Below, piece by piece: positions 28,756 to 37,648 of a stretch of 64,000 nt of DNA. Origin of the DNA: an uncultured Nitrososphaerota archaeon (GTDB lineage: Archaea > Thermoproteota > EX4484-205 > JAAOZO01); assembly GCA_964408285.1 (NCBI GenBank), contig CAYOYV010000006.1:31635-95634 (forward strand), in the 5' to 3' direction. The stretch's first letter is position 1. Each line of letters begins with the position of its first letter. The notes below the pieces were generated by a model that did no database searches, was not told where the DNA came from, and worked only from the letters and a program-made list of their open reading frames with translations. The position numbers and the translations under genes were made by a program.

Positions 28756-29710
28756 CGTCAATCCTCCATTTGTGCAAAACGTTGGACGATCCAACTGGAA
28801 GGATCTGGTTAGAAAGGAATTGTTCCAGTCCGGCCCATGCGATCATCACACCGTTGTCCTGATAAAATCTCTCATCGTAGTCCAAGAACTTCGCTCCCCT
28901 CTCCTCACACATTATCCTGCACATCTCCCTCAGCCTCTTGTTCGCACCTACGCCTCCAGTAAGTGTGAGTTCCTCCTTTCCCAAGAACGCCATCGCCCTT
29001 TCGGACGCTTCCAGCAACATCGAGAAGCAGATCTCTTGTATTGAAAGCGCCAAGTCCTCAAGCGGTTCTTTTTCAAGAAGGGACTCTGCCATCGTGAGTA
29101 GACCTGAGAACGAAACATTCATTCCTTTGACAATGTAGGGCAGATCGATCAGCCTCCTTCCTTTTGTCGCAAGCTCCTCCAGCTTTGGCCCCCCCGGGAA
29201 TGCCAAGCCGACGTTCCTCGCAAAGGCGTCTAGGAGATTGCCCAAGGATATGTCCTCGGTCTCTCCAAATACAACATATCTCCCGTCGACCTCGGAGATC
29301 ACTTGGGTGTTGCCGCCCGAGAGGTACAGGAAGACGGGGTCCTTCGCTCCCCCGAGCTTCATGGCTATTTCGAGGTGTGCTAGACAGTGATTAACCCCGA
29401 CAAGTGGTTTCGAATGAGAGATTGCGATCGCCCTTGCCATTGTGGCACCCACTCTGAGGCATGGTCCCAAGCCAGGACCTTGGGAAAACGCAACCGCATC
29501 TATTTGGTCTAGAGATAGCCCCGATTCTCTCAGTGCCTCATTGATGACGTGAGGACCCACCGAATAGTGGTGTCTTGATGTTTCTCGAGGGTGAATCCCG
29601 CCCTTTTCTGGCTTGATGGTACTTCTTGAGTCCGCCAGTATCTTTGCATTTGAGTCTACAATGCCGATTCCGAACGTGTGAGCCGTTGACTCTATTCCGA
29701 GGGATATCAA
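28730..29710 (-). CDS. kae1: tRNA N6-threonylcarbamoyltransferase Kae1
   Basis: LGIESTAHT, GPGLGPCL, VNHCLAH, SGGNTQ, DNGVMIA. Confidence 0.97.
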   Translation of the reverse strand: MISLGIESTAHTFGIGIVDSNAKILADSRSTIKPEKGGIHPRETSRHHYSVGPHVINEALRESGLSLDQIDAVAFSQGPGLGPCLRVGATMARAIAISHSKPLVGVNHCLAHLEIAMKLGGAKDPVFLYLSGGNTQVISEVDGRYVVFGETEDISLGNLLDAFARNVGLAFPGGPKLEELATKGRRLIDLPYIVKGMNVSFSGLLTMAESLLEKEPLEDLALSIQEICFSMLLEASERAMAFLGKEELTLTGGVGANKRLREMCRIMCEERGAKFLDYDERFYQDNGVMIAWAGLEQFLSNQILPVGSSNVLHKWRIDDVKIPRRF

Positions 29711-29711
29711 C

Positions 29712-29885
29712 TCAGGCGAACTCGGTATAGTGACAGCGCCCGCAGTAATATCTCTGTTTGCCTTCTCCGTAGAAGCCCATGAACGAGCCGCATCTGGGGC
29801 ATCTCTTCCTCTTTGGCTTGAGCTGCTTTTTCCCCTGATCTACATCGTAATATCCCCAGACTCCCTTCTTCTCTTTCTCGCTCAT
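29712..29885 (-). CDS. rps27ae: 30S ribosomal protein S27ae (57 aa, below the ORF-track cutoff)
   Basis: Hand translation MSEKEKKGVWGYYDV...KRCPRCGSFMG...YCGRCHYTEFA; follows S24e. Confidence 0.93.
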   Translation of the reverse strand: MSEKEKKGVWGYYDVDQGKKQLKPKRKRCPRCGSFMGFYGEGKQRYYCGRCHYTEFA

Positions 29886-30241
29886 TTCTTGACACCAGCC
29901 TTCGCTGCCTTAGCTTCGACTTTCTTCTTCTTCATTTCTTCTATTGCCGCCTTCCTTGCCTGAGGTTCCATGTTCGCCAAGATCACATGTTTGGGCTCGG
30001 ATTTCCTCATCTCTTCCTCTGTCCCATAGATATGTGCCTCCCCTTCACTTGAATCGATCCCACTCTTTCCATGGATTCTCACCACCGCAACTCCATCGGG
30101 CTTGAAACCTCCGGCCGCAGCCAAGGCACTTCTAGTTTCCCAAATCGAAGGGGTAGGTTGCGAAGTCCGCCCGATCCTGAATCTGACCTTCTTCCTCCCC
30201 AGCAGCTTCATATCCGAAATGTCCAATATCCTAATCTCCAT
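29882..30241 (-). CDS. rps24e: 30S ribosomal protein S24e
   Basis: LLGRK, PTPS, GEAHIY...EPKHV; synteny. Confidence 0.9.
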   Translation of the reverse strand: MEIRILDISDMKLLGRKKVRFRIGRTSQPTPSIWETRSALAAAGGFKPDGVAVVRIHGKSGIDSSEGEAHIYGTEEEMRKSEPKHVILANMEPQARKAAIEEMKKKKVEAKAAKAGVKK

Positions 30242-30267
30242 GGCGCCCAGCCTCTTTCCACGGGAAA

Positions 30268-30837
30268 TTAAGGCTTTTGCCGAGAAGTGCGTGGTATCTG
30301 AGGGAATGACGCGAGAAGTTCTCGAATTCGCTTCTTGATCTCGGGTTGAATCCTTATCACGACCATTCCCTTGGCGGGTTGGCCATAGATCACCAGTGTG
30401 CCCTCTTCACTCACATCAATCGCAACGGCCGCAAGAAGATCCTCCTCTCCCTCGACGAGCACTAGGCTATTCGGACCCTCTGTCATGGCGGTCTTCAGCA
30501 CTGACCAAGCCGCTGTGTTGATGTGACCAGCCGGATTTCTCAGGAAGAATTTCCTCCGAAAGCGCTCTGTTTCGAAATCTGCTTTCTTCCTCTGTATCCT
30601 CAGATCGATTATCGCTGCCTGAAATGAAACCTCTCCTTTGATCAGAGTCTGAGTGACTACGTCGCCCACGCTGAAAGAGATCCCTTCTGAACTGCCCAAG
30701 TATCTCTCTCTAAGAATTCGAACTGCCTCCTCGGGCCTCGCCTCGACCAGATCTCCGAGGGGGGCAGAGAGGATTTCCCTCTGGGACGGAGTAGGACGTA
30801 GATAGGATTCGTCTGACTCAATGAGCCTTGATGGCAT
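30268..30837 (-). CDS. GTP-dependent dephospho-CoA kinase (DUF359)
   Basis: VGDVVT, NPAGHI, VEGEEDLLA, YGQPAKG. Confidence 0.9.
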   Translation of the reverse strand: MPSRLIESDESYLRPTPSQREILSAPLGDLVEARPEEAVRILRERYLGSSEGISFSVGDVVTQTLIKGEVSFQAAIIDLRIQRKKADFETERFRRKFFLRNPAGHINTAAWSVLKTAMTEGPNSLVLVEGEEDLLAAVAIDVSEEGTLVIYGQPAKGMVVIRIQPEIKKRIRELLASFPQIPRTSRQKP

Positions 30838-31003
30838 ATCGCCCTACCTTCTTGGCTCCTATCTGTCTTGCGATCGAAGAGCTCTCAGGATCGACCACAA
30901 AGACCACTCCGGACCAGTCGGTCGTGAAGCTGTTGGATCCGCAGTTCGGACAGGTCTGGTCATTCGTTATGAACTTACATTTCAGGCAGGCTTTTTCTCT
31001 CAA
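30818..31003 (-). CDS. spt4: transcription elongation factor Spt4
   Basis: ACLKC...CPNCGS...DWSG...GRYAIK. Confidence 0.95.
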   Translation of the reverse strand: MREKACLKCKFITNDQTCPNCGSNSFTTDWSGVVFVVDPESSSIARQIGAKKVGRYAIKAH

Positions 31004-31578
31004 GTTGTCTCACCTGCCTTCTCAGCAACAGCCAATTTCCTGAGGTCGTGATCGATCCATTCCGCCTTGCCCAAGAAGGGTTGCCTCGTTGTGACACCTA
31101 TCCTGTCGCCACCAGTAGCACCACCTATGGAGACGGCAGTCACTCTTAATCTGACCCAATCCCCGACTGAAAGTACCCTTGCGTTTTTCCTACCAGTCAA
31201 TACAGCCTGCGCCTTGTTGAAGTCCACATAATCATCCATAACGGAGCTGACATGTAGCAGAGCCTCGAAGGGACCTATCCTCACGAAAGCGCCATATTCT
31301 TCTATCTCGACGACCCTACCAAGCATGACCTCTTGTACCTCAGGAACAAACGTCAGAACCTTGAACTTCGCTTTGTGATATGATCCCCCATCGCCCGGGG
31401 CCAGTTTCCCCTTATAATCGAAATCGAAGGAGACCACCCCTGCGACAAAGCCCAGATCATCGAAGACCACTCCTTCATATTTCTCGACGAGGAGCGACCT
31501 TATTGCCTCCTCTATAGGCTTCCCGTATAGTTCGGGGGGAATCCTGACTATGTCCTCCAAAGTGATAAGCTTAAACAA
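31000..31578 (-). CDS. rpoE1: RNA polymerase subunit Rpo7 (RpoE1)
   Basis: VRIPP, GDGGSY, GAFVRIGP, TTRQPFLGK. Confidence 0.96.
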   Translation of the reverse strand: MFKLITLEDIVRIPPELYGKPIEEAIRSLLVEKYEGVVFDDLGFVAGVVSFDFDYKGKLAPGDGGSYHKAKFKVLTFVPEVQEVMLGRVVEIEEYGAFVRIGPFEALLHVSSVMDDYVDFNKAQAVLTGRKNARVLSVGDWVRLRVTAVSIGGATGGDRIGVTTRQPFLGKAEWIDHDLRKLAVAEKAGETT

Positions 31579-31663
31579 TTTCCCTAAACTCCGCCCTTTT
31601 CATCTGTTCTTATCTTTTTCCCTGAATGGAATCCGTTCCCGATCTAGGGCGCGAAATGACTTT

Positions 31664-32104
31664 TCAACATAAAGGCTTATTGTCAATCATTATTCTTTTT
31701 CCCTTTGAGACGAAGATGACAGTCATTCCCCTTTTCTTGAGCTTACTCCTTAGAGAGGAGTCGGCAGTGGCCACTGCTGCATCCAGTCGCTGTGCCAATT
31801 TGATTATACTCTCGTCCTCTGGCAGGCCTCTTTCAGATCTCAGGCTCCTCAGGTTCATGGCAAAATCCAAGGCCTTCCGTGAAGCAATGGCCAAAAGAGG
31901 TTTGTTTCCACCCTGGAGCTTCCTCAGCTCACTTATGGTGCCCTCCGTCACTACTAGTTCGTAGCGGCCCTCGAGAGCATGTTGAATTCCTTTCACGAAA
32001 TCCACGCGCTTCTGGAACGGGTATAGCAACGCACTCGTGTCCAGTATGACAGGTAGCTTCCTCGCTCTGCTCAAACTACTTTCCCGTATCCTATTAGCCT
32101 CCAT
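31664..32104 (-). CDS. PIN-domain protein (Utp24/Fcf1-like)
   Basis: VILDTSAL, VATAD..LR; conserved position between aIF2gamma and rpoE. Confidence 0.85.
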   Translation of the reverse strand: MEANRIRESSLSRARKLPVILDTSALLYPFQKRVDFVKGIQHALEGRYELVVTEGTISELRKLQGGNKPLLAIASRKALDFAMNLRSLRSERGLPEDESIIKLAQRLDAAVATADSSLRSKLKKRGMTVIFVSKGKRIMIDNKPLC

Positions 32105-33297
32105 CGCCTCTCGAAAAGCCTACTTACAGTTGCCCTCTGGCCAATCTGGGCAACTATCGGGATCTCCAGATTCAGTTCGGCTATCTTGCCCTTCTTCGAA
32201 GTGATAGTGCCCCTGCTTGTCCCAACTCCCACGTTCAGATTCAGCTTTTCTCCCACTGAAACTGGCTTGACCTCCTGAAGGCTTTCTGTCCCTAGCAGTT
32301 TTTCAAATAGCTCCAACTCAAGCCCGAGTGCCCTCACAACGGGAAGTGGATTGTCAGAAGGCGAGAGAATAGAACCAGAAAGCCTATCGTTCTTCGCAAG
32401 GGCTGGATCAAGAGACGTGCCGACTGCTATGAGCCCTCCTGCATTGGCCTCGTCCAATGAGGCACCATCGAACATAATGGAACCGACAGTGCTCTCCAAG
32501 AGCAGATTGGAGTAATTCGGACTCGTTCCCCTTAACCATCCCGGTGAGATGAGAATTCGATCCCCTAAGGAGAGTTTGCCACTTGTGATAGATCCCCCAA
32601 CGACCCCGCCATTTATCTGCTCCAATGGAACCCCAGGCCTGTTCACATTGAACGACCTTATGATTGGCATCCTAAGCTGGGCATTCGGATCCCTCTTTGG
32701 ATTCGGAAAATATTCCTCTAGGGCCCACATCAATATATCTATATTGAGACTTCTCTCGGCAGAAACCGGTATCACTGGGGACTGACCGTAACCTGCTTCA
32801 GAAAGAAATTGGGCTATCTGCTTCTGATTCTGGATCGCAGTTTCCCTGTCGACCAGGTCTACCTTGTTCTGAATGACCAGAATCTTCTCAAGGCCTAGGA
32901 CTTTGGCTGCATAGAGATGTTCCCTTGTCTGTGGTTGAGGACAGTCCTCATTTGCGGCTATTATAAGGAGTGCGCCGTCCATTATTGCGGCTCCACTGAG
33001 CATGGTCGTCATTAGCACTTCGTGGCCTGGGGCATCGATGAATGAGATGCTCCTGACGAACTCACATGTATGTCCTTTTGGGCAGGTTGCTCGCGTAAAG
33101 TAATTGTAAGGGGGATCGCAGGTGTTGCACTTGTACACCGACATCATCGCGTAACCGAGCTTTATCGTTATGTTCCGAGCAATCTCTTTGCTATATCTAC
33201 TCGTAAAGACTCCTGTCAGTGCTTTCACAAGGGAAGTCTTGCCGTGGTCGACATGGCCTAAGGTCCCTATGTTGATTTCTGGTTTTCTCAGCACCAA
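32071..33297 (-). CDS. eif2g: translation initiation factor aIF2 gamma subunit (start probably TTG 33297 or GTG 33294)
   Basis: GTLGHVDHGKT, ITIKLGY, DAPGHE, QPQTREH, NKVD, WRLIGYG. Confidence 0.96.
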   Translation of the reverse strand: MVLRKPEINIGTLGHVDHGKTSLVKALTGVFTSRYSKEIARNITIKLGYAMMSVYKCNTCDPPYNYFTRATCPKGHTCEFVRSISFIDAPGHEVLMTTMLSGAAIMDGALLIIAANEDCPQPQTREHLYAAKVLGLEKILVIQNKVDLVDRETAIQNQKQIAQFLSEAGYGQSPVIPVSAERSLNIDILMWALEEYFPNPKRDPNAQLRMPIIRSFNVNRPGVPLEQINGGVVGGSITSGKLSLGDRILISPGWLRGTSPNYSNLLLESTVGSIMFDGASLDEANAGGLIAVGTSLDPALAKNDRLSGSILSPSDNPLPVVRALGLELELFEKLLGTESLQEVKPVSVGEKLNLNVGVGTSRGTITSKKGKIAELNLEIPIVAQIGQRATVSRLFERRWRLIGYGKVV

Positions 33298-33319
33298 TTC
33301 GATGAAGCCCGTCTTCACT

Positions 33320-33336
33320 TATAGAAAAGCCTTATC
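33320..33336 (-). promoter_or_regulatory. putative promoter (BRE/TATA-like) of aIF2gamma
   Basis: GATAAGGCTTTTCTATA, 15/17 identical to 33801-33817; both lie about 25 nt upstream of a start codon. Confidence 0.55.
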
Positions 33337-33425
33337 GTAGGTGTCCGGCCTCACTCGATATCGTCTGACTGTTTTCCGTCCAACCTTTCAGGAATGGCCT
33401 AGCCCAGCGTGTGTGAATGAAGTAC

Positions 33426-33776
33426 CTATTCGATCTTGACTAGGTTCACTTGGCTGGTTTCTTCTGAGATTTGTTCTCCCCTTATCGTCGCCCGTATGAG
33501 TTCGCCCTTCTTGGCTCGCCTCGTTCCCGTTCCTCTCTTTAGCAGGATATGCCTCTTTGCCGGCCCATGAATTCCGCTCAGCATCGGAAGGCCCGATGTG
33601 TCTGATCCTCCTGTTATCTGAAGTCTCTCCCCGGGTCTCTTGATCGCAGAACCTTCTATTATGTCTCCTATCTTGCGTCCCAGAAGGGGTGTTGCGTCCG
33701 ATCCTTCCAACACCAGATTCTCCATTTTCCCCGTTTTCTTATCCACCACGATATCGACTTTCATTCTTGCCGGCAA
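33426..33776 (-). CDS. rps6e: 30S ribosomal protein S6e
   Basis: LLGRKIGD, LQITGGSDTSGLPM, IRG..IS....QVNL. Confidence 0.93.
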   Translation of the reverse strand: MPARMKVDIVVDKKTGKMENLVLEGSDATPLLGRKIGDIIEGSAIKRPGERLQITGGSDTSGLPMLSGIHGPAKRHILLKRGTGTRRAKKGELIRATIRGEQISEETSQVNLVKIE

Positions 33777-33800
33777 TTTTCGCCTGACGCCGTCGTTGGG

Positions 33801-33817
33801 TATAGAAAAGTCTTACC
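33801..33817 (-). promoter_or_regulatory. putative promoter (BRE/TATA-like) of rps6e
   Basis: GGTAAGACTTTTCTATA, 25 nt upstream of TTG 33776. Confidence 0.55.
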
Positions 33818-33943
33818 TCATACTGCACTGGTAGGTTGCCTTGGACGGGAGGCAAGGACTTATCTGCACCAGAGGAAAGACGCCTTTGAGCAAGCGATGT
33901 CCCGATCATTAATGCAACGGTTGAAGGCAGTGAGGCGATCTTC

Positions 33944-35311
33944 ATGAGCATACTGATTGTGGATTCGAGGAAGCAGCTCTTCATCGACGATCGCTTTATC
34001 CAGTCATCCCAAGGAGTCGTTTTGTCGGTTAACGAAGCACGGAAATACCAAGAACCGGTCCTCATCGCGGACCGCCCTTGGGAAAGCATGTGCATAGGCG
34101 GCTATAGCACAGTGATGGAGGAGAACGGACTTTACCGCCTGTGGTATGAGGCCTATGCTTCAGACTATAGGGAGGATTATGATGCGAAGCTATGCTATGC
34201 GTTTTCATACGATGGCATTCATTGGGAAAAACCTGCTCTAGGGCAATCTGAATTTCAAGGCTCAAGGGACAACAACATTGTGTTTGACGACTGCCATAAT
34301 TTCGGCTATCATGGCGGAACTGTGTTTAAGGATCCAATAGCCAGCCCTGAGGAAAGATACAAGGTCCTCTACCAAGCCAGGGGAGGAACGCGATCGGATC
34401 AATCCAACGCCTGCATGCGAGGAATATACTCGAAAGACGGAATAAGATGGGTCAAGTACCCAGGCATTCTTGCAGATCACCTAAGCGATACTCAGACTGT
34501 TGTTCACTATGACGAGGATTCAGGCAGATACGTTGGTTACTTCCGAGTCTGGACAGAGAAGGGATATCGTGCCATAGGTCGCTCTGAGACGCCAGATTTC
34601 CTTTGTTGGCCCAGAGACCCAGAATTGATCTTGGCCCCGGATCAAAATGACCCTACAGACATCCACCTATACACGAACGGTTACAGATCCTATCGCGTGG
34701 CCCAAGATGCACATATCTTTGTGATCTCCAGCTTCCATGCGACAACAGATCTCGTTGATGTTCAGCTTGCCACAAGCCGTGATGGTATTTCGTGGCGTAG
34801 ACCTGATCGCCGCCCCCTCATACGCCTTGGAGAGGAAGGGACTTGGGACAGCGGGCAGATCTATGTAGGTGCCGGAACCATAGATAAAGGCAGTGAGCTC
34901 TGGGTCTATTACACCGGATTCAGACATGGACACGGGGAGAACAGGCCGGATGTCATAAGTTACGAGGGAAAAATAGGAATAGCGAAAATTCGAAAGGACG
35001 GGTTCATGTCAGCCGAAGCTGGACCTCAGGGTGGCTTTGTCATGACCCCCCTCCTGAAGTTCTCCGGCAGCCATCTGGAATTGAATTACGATGCCGGAAC
35101 AGAAGGAGAGGTTTCGGTTGAGCTGCTTGGCGAGGATCTCATTCCCATCAGGGCTTTCTCAGGGCCCGATTGTGATCCGCTTCACGGTGATTCAACCACC
35201 AAGACTGTGACATGGAAAGGTAATGACGACTTGGGCCATATTGCCGGAAGACCCACGCACCTCCGCTTCAATATGAGAGATGCCAAGCTCTTCGCGTTCC
35301 ACTTCTTCTGA
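33944..35311 (+). CDS. probable five-bladed beta-propeller glycoside hydrolase-like protein
   Basis: QLFIDD N-terminus, repeated S.DG..W Asp-box-like motifs (SYDGIHW, SKDGIRW, SRDGISW), R.DGF and a beta-sandwich-like C-terminus. Confidence 0.6.
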   Translation: MSILIVDSRKQLFIDDRFIQSSQGVVLSVNEARKYQEPVLIADRPWESMCIGGYSTVMEENGLYRLWYEAYASDYREDYDAKLCYAFSYDGIHWEKPALGQSEFQGSRDNNIVFDDCHNFGYHGGTVFKDPIASPEERYKVLYQARGGTRSDQSNACMRGIYSKDGIRWVKYPGILADHLSDTQTVVHYDEDSGRYVGYFRVWTEKGYRAIGRSETPDFLCWPRDPELILAPDQNDPTDIHLYTNGYRSYRVAQDAHIFVISSFHATTDLVDVQLATSRDGISWRRPDRRPLIRLGEEGTWDSGQIYVGAGTIDKGSELWVYYTGFRHGHGENRPDVISYEGKIGIAKIRKDGFMSAEAGPQGGFVMTPLLKFSGSHLELNYDAGTEGEVSVELLGEDLIPIRAFSGPDCDPLHGDSTTKTVTWKGNDDLGHIAGRPTHLRFNMRDAKLFAFHFF

Positions 35312-35325
35312 TCTTGCGTGCGGAC

Positions 35326-37151
35326 TCACTTCAGGTATCCCCAATAGGGTTCCTTCTGTCTCTTTATCTTGGTTATTTCCTCGATGGCATCCAACATGTC
35401 TTGCGTGGCGAACTGGGACAGGTTCGTCTTTAGGGAAATCGCATCTGAAGCCCTGATCTCAACGTACAATGTCTCTCCTTCCTGCACATTTCTTCCCATG
35501 ACGGCCTCCTTAATGGATATCGACACCTCATCCCCCTTCTTTGCCTCATTGACCGACTGATCCTGCAGCCTTATGGAGTCAATAGCTCCTATTCTTTCGC
35601 CACCTTCACTAATCAAGTTGGAACCTTGTCGCATCAATCCCTTTTCAACCCTTACCCCGAATATGGCTGGTTTGCTCCTCCTAAAGACAAAGCCTGGCAT
35701 TATGAACAGCTTGGCGGGCGTGACCAACTTTGAGAAGAGCTCTTCAGCTGTAGCCTTCTCATAGCTAGTCTTCCAGGAGAAGTATTCATCCATCAGGCCG
35801 TATATGACCTTACCCGTCATTATCCTGACTCCCAAGTCTCTTGCCGCCTCCTCTGCCTCCCCTGTTACGTCTACGTTGAACGCAATTATCACCCTCTGAG
35901 TCATGTCTCCGGATGCCGTTGAGGCGCCAATGACATCCTTCTTGGTTACAGGACCTATATCCGCCATCCTCACCTTGATCGCCTTCGATTGAAGCTCAGG
36001 GACAATCGCCTCAAGCGCCCCCAACGTATCGGCCTTCAGGATTATGCCTTGGATTTCCGTCTTGAACAGGATGGAGGACACCTCTTGCGACAATTCCTCA
36101 ATTGCTCTTCTCTGTTCCTCCAAAGTATTGCAGACTATTACGCTTGAGCCAGCCAGTGCGCCGGCTAGATCTGGGCCACTCAACTTTATTCCGCTGGAGG
36201 CCCTCATCTGTGCAACTGAATCAAACCTGTCCCTGGGGTCGCGTATTTCATCCAATGGCTTAGGAGAAAGAAGGGCCCGAACCTTTGTGACCGTTGGTCC
36301 GGTTAACGTTGTGAGTGCGATGGAATCGCCCACCTTGATGATGCCGTCATATACGATGACGTTTATCGTTGTGCCCAACCCAACATCCTCCGTTACCTCG
36401 AGGACTACGCCCTTGCCCCTGTTCGACTTTGTCTCCAAGGATTTCGTTTGGAAGGACTGAATCATTCCCGACATGACCGCGATCAGTTCCGCGATTCCCT
36501 CTCCCGTCTTAGCGCTGACAGGGACAACTGGATTCTTATCCTTGAAATCACTCAGAGAATAGAACAAATCCGTAGTTAGGCCAAGCTTGGATACCTGCCC
36601 TACGATATCATACAGCTTCTGCTCGAGCAATTTTCTTGTACCTGGTTCCTGCTCCTTGATTGCCTTTAGGAATGAAAGAGAACTGGACGGACGCCAACCT
36701 CTCGTGAGATCAATCTTGTTTGCCGCAATGACGAAAGGAGTCTTTCTTGACCTGAGTATCTCAATAGACTCTATGGTCTGGGGCATGACACCGGCCGTGA
36801 TGTCTATTACAAGGATCGCAAAGTCTGCTATTGATCCCCCCCGTTTTCTCAAATTCATGAACGCTTCATGACCAGGTGTGTCAATTACCAATAGCCCCCC
36901 GATTTTCAGCCTTGAAGCCACTTCAATTCCCTCTATCTGGCCCACGACATCAACCAATGTGTCTAGTGGAAGATATGAGGCCCCAACGTGCTGGGTTTGG
37001 GACGGTTTCTACCGCTATCCCCCCGGCTTCCCTTTTGGCCACTAAGGTGCCTCTTATCTTATCCAGAAGGGACGTCTTGCCATGGTCCACATAGTCCCCA
37101 GACATGCAAGGTATGACCTAGAACCACGACTATGGGTTCCCTTAGGCGCAA
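35326..37151 (-). CDS. infB: translation initiation factor aIF5B (IF2), spliced: complement(join(35326..36996,37016..37090,37113..37151)), 594 aa
   Basis: TTG start with GGGGGGTGA SD; the splice product reads MRLREPIVVVLGH|VDHGKTSLLDKIRGTLVAKREAGGI|TQHVGAS...IDTPGHE...NKID; exons 39+75+1671 nt = 595 codons. Confidence 0.95.
36997..37015 (-). other. 19-nt BHB intron 2 of aIF5B (G2 motif, GGI|TQH)
   Basis: GCGGUAGAAACCGUCCCAA; central helix GGGA/UCCC, bulges UAG and AAA, intron helix CGGU/ACCG, exon helix GGG/CCC. Confidence 0.92.
37091..37112 (-). other. 22-nt BHB intron 1 of aIF5B (G1 P-loop, GH|VDHGKT)
   Basis: ACCUUGCAUGUCUGGGGACUAU; central helix GGUC/GACU, bulges AUA and AUG, intron helix CCU/GGG, exon helix UCUA/UGGA plus CGUGG/CCAUG. 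Confidence 0.9.
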
Positions 37152-37192
37152 ATTATATCACCCCCCAAAACGGCCGAACTACGTCCGTCCGT

Positions 37193-37648
37193 TTAATAAA
37201 CGTATTCTGAAATGGGACTCTTCCAGTCCTGTATCTCGTCCTTCCTGAAAAGTAGGGAGATCTCCTTTGTTGCGATCTCAACCGAATCGGAGCCGTGAAT
37301 AAGGTTCTTTCCTGTGGATAGGGAATAATCTCCTCTGACCGTTCCAGGCTGTGCTTGCAGGAAATCGGTCGCACCGATCATATTCCTGACAACCTTCACA
37401 CAATCGGGTCCCTCCAGAATAAATGCTACTATCGGACCTGTCATCATGAATTCTATAAGTTCATTGAAGAATTGCTTTCCCCTATGTACTGAGTAGAATT
37501 CCTCAAGCATCTGTTTGGATGGTCTAGTCATCTTCAGCCCGATCATCCTAAATCCTTTGTCCTCGAATCTGCGTATTACCTCGCCGATGAGCCCCCTGTA
37601 AACACAGTTCGGCTTAAGCAGCACCAGTGTCCTTTCCTCTTGGACCAA
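37193..37648 (-). CDS. ndk: nucleoside diphosphate kinase
   Basis: ERTLVLLKP, PGTVRGDY, NLIHGSDS. Confidence 0.97.
   Translation of the reverse strand: MVQEERTLVLLKPNCVYRGLIGEVIRRFEDKGFRMIGLKMTRPSKQMLEEFYSVHRGKQFFNELIEFMMTGPIVAFILEGPDCVKVVRNMIGATDFLQAQPGTVRGDYSLSTGKNLIHGSDSVEIATKEISLLFRKDEIQDWKSPISEYVY

Noticed and set aside
29707-29895. 62-aa minus-strand ORF from the track
   Set aside because: Wrong frame; the real gene is S27ae at 29712..29885
33230-33275. Possible intron in the aIF2gamma P-loop
   Set aside because: The GHVDHGKT codons are contiguous
36997-37112. aIF5B disruptions read as sequencing frameshifts, a pseudogene or an intein
   Set aside because: They are discrete 19- and 22-nt inserts whose BHB cut sites match the motif boundaries, the rest of the gene is intact, and they are too short and out of frame for an intein
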